A stretch of DNA of 63,988 nucleotides, filler included, from Octopus bimaculoides (Eukaryota): assembly GCF_001194135.2 (NCBI RefSeq). It is 7 parts of 6 records of this genome, joined end to end, with 100 filler letters (N's around TTAATTAATTAA, not from the genome) between each part and the next. Parts side by side here need not be neighbours in the genome. Positions count along the whole stretch, not along the records: positions 62,883 to 63,988 come from NC_068994.1; 6 more parts are not named here. One strand, 5' to 3'. The translations under genes were made by a program, and so were the position numbers. Positions within the stretch are counted from its first letter, which is position 1. Every line of letters starts with the position of its first letter. Below are positions 63,492 through 63,988 of the stretch, one piece after another. Below the pieces are notes generated by a model. The model ran no database searches and was not told the origin of the DNA. It saw nothing but the letters and a program-made list of their open reading frames with translations.

Positions 63492-63598
63492 TGCACTTCA
63501 TTCTATATCACCTCATAGTTCTGATGAAGCTATAGAGTGAGACACAAGAACTCAATAATGAGTGCATTGCAGAAACAGCTGTAAGCTAATGAAGTGCA
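63492..63598 (+). ncRNA. Type I hammerhead ribozyme with extended, bulged stem I and enlarged stem II
   Basis: TGCACTTCAT (63492-501) pairs with ATGAAGTGCA (63589-598); 14-nt bulge; TAGTT/AGCTA; CTGATGA 63521-27; 44-nt stem II region; GAAA 63572-75; palindromic ACAGCTGT; GUA site, cleavage after 63583. Confidence 0.8.
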
Positions 63599-63903
63599 TT
63601 ACATGATTTCTTATTCACTTTCCATTAATTCAATTTCTTACTGCCTCTCTGTACTCAACTGACTCTCTGTTCTAAAGCATATGTATATTTAGTTCTAACA
63701 CTAGGTTATTAGTATCAATATGCCTAAGGGAAATTATAAAATATTTATCAATATGATGAAATTAAATAATTACATATGTATAAGTTTAATATTTTTGTTA
63801 TACATATATATTCATATATATATACACAATGACAATAATATATTTATGTGATATTTATCTAATGCATATTATATAATGTATATTACATAAACATATACAC
63901 ATA

Positions 63904-63948
<45 letters not shown>

Positions 63949-63988
63949 TAATAAATGGAGTATTACGCATATGTTCAAAGAATTCATT

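Overview
Eukaryotic, AT-rich, very repeat-rich draft scaffold with many N gaps. The SINE families, microsatellite load and TTAGGG-type repeats look like a coleoid cephalopod, probably Octopus; this is inferred from recalled repeat consensus sequences, not a search. Almost all long ORFs in the supplied track are artefacts of N runs or microsatellites. What I can support: (i) one convincing host coding exon (3561-3640, +) encoding a LamG3/ConA-like C-terminal segment resembling molluscan Pif-like proteins; (ii) a compact Pol II promoter-like motif cluster at 37880-38065; (iii) many decayed transposons: four to five Penelope-like (GIY-YIG) fragments, Tx1/L1, R4/Dong-like, RTE, two mariners, a maT-like Tc1/mariner, MITE/foldback elements and about 20 tRNA-derived SINE pieces; (iv) type I hammerhead ribozyme motifs, one apparently intact with an extended stem I (63492-63598), a sister motif at 25345-25392 and a decayed one behind a Penelope endonuclease (43531-43570); (v) several long hairpins, including a 59-nt pre-miRNA-sized stem-loop. 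No rRNA, true tRNA gene or CRISPR array. Six 100-bp artificial linkers break contiguity. Most repeat boundaries are approximate.
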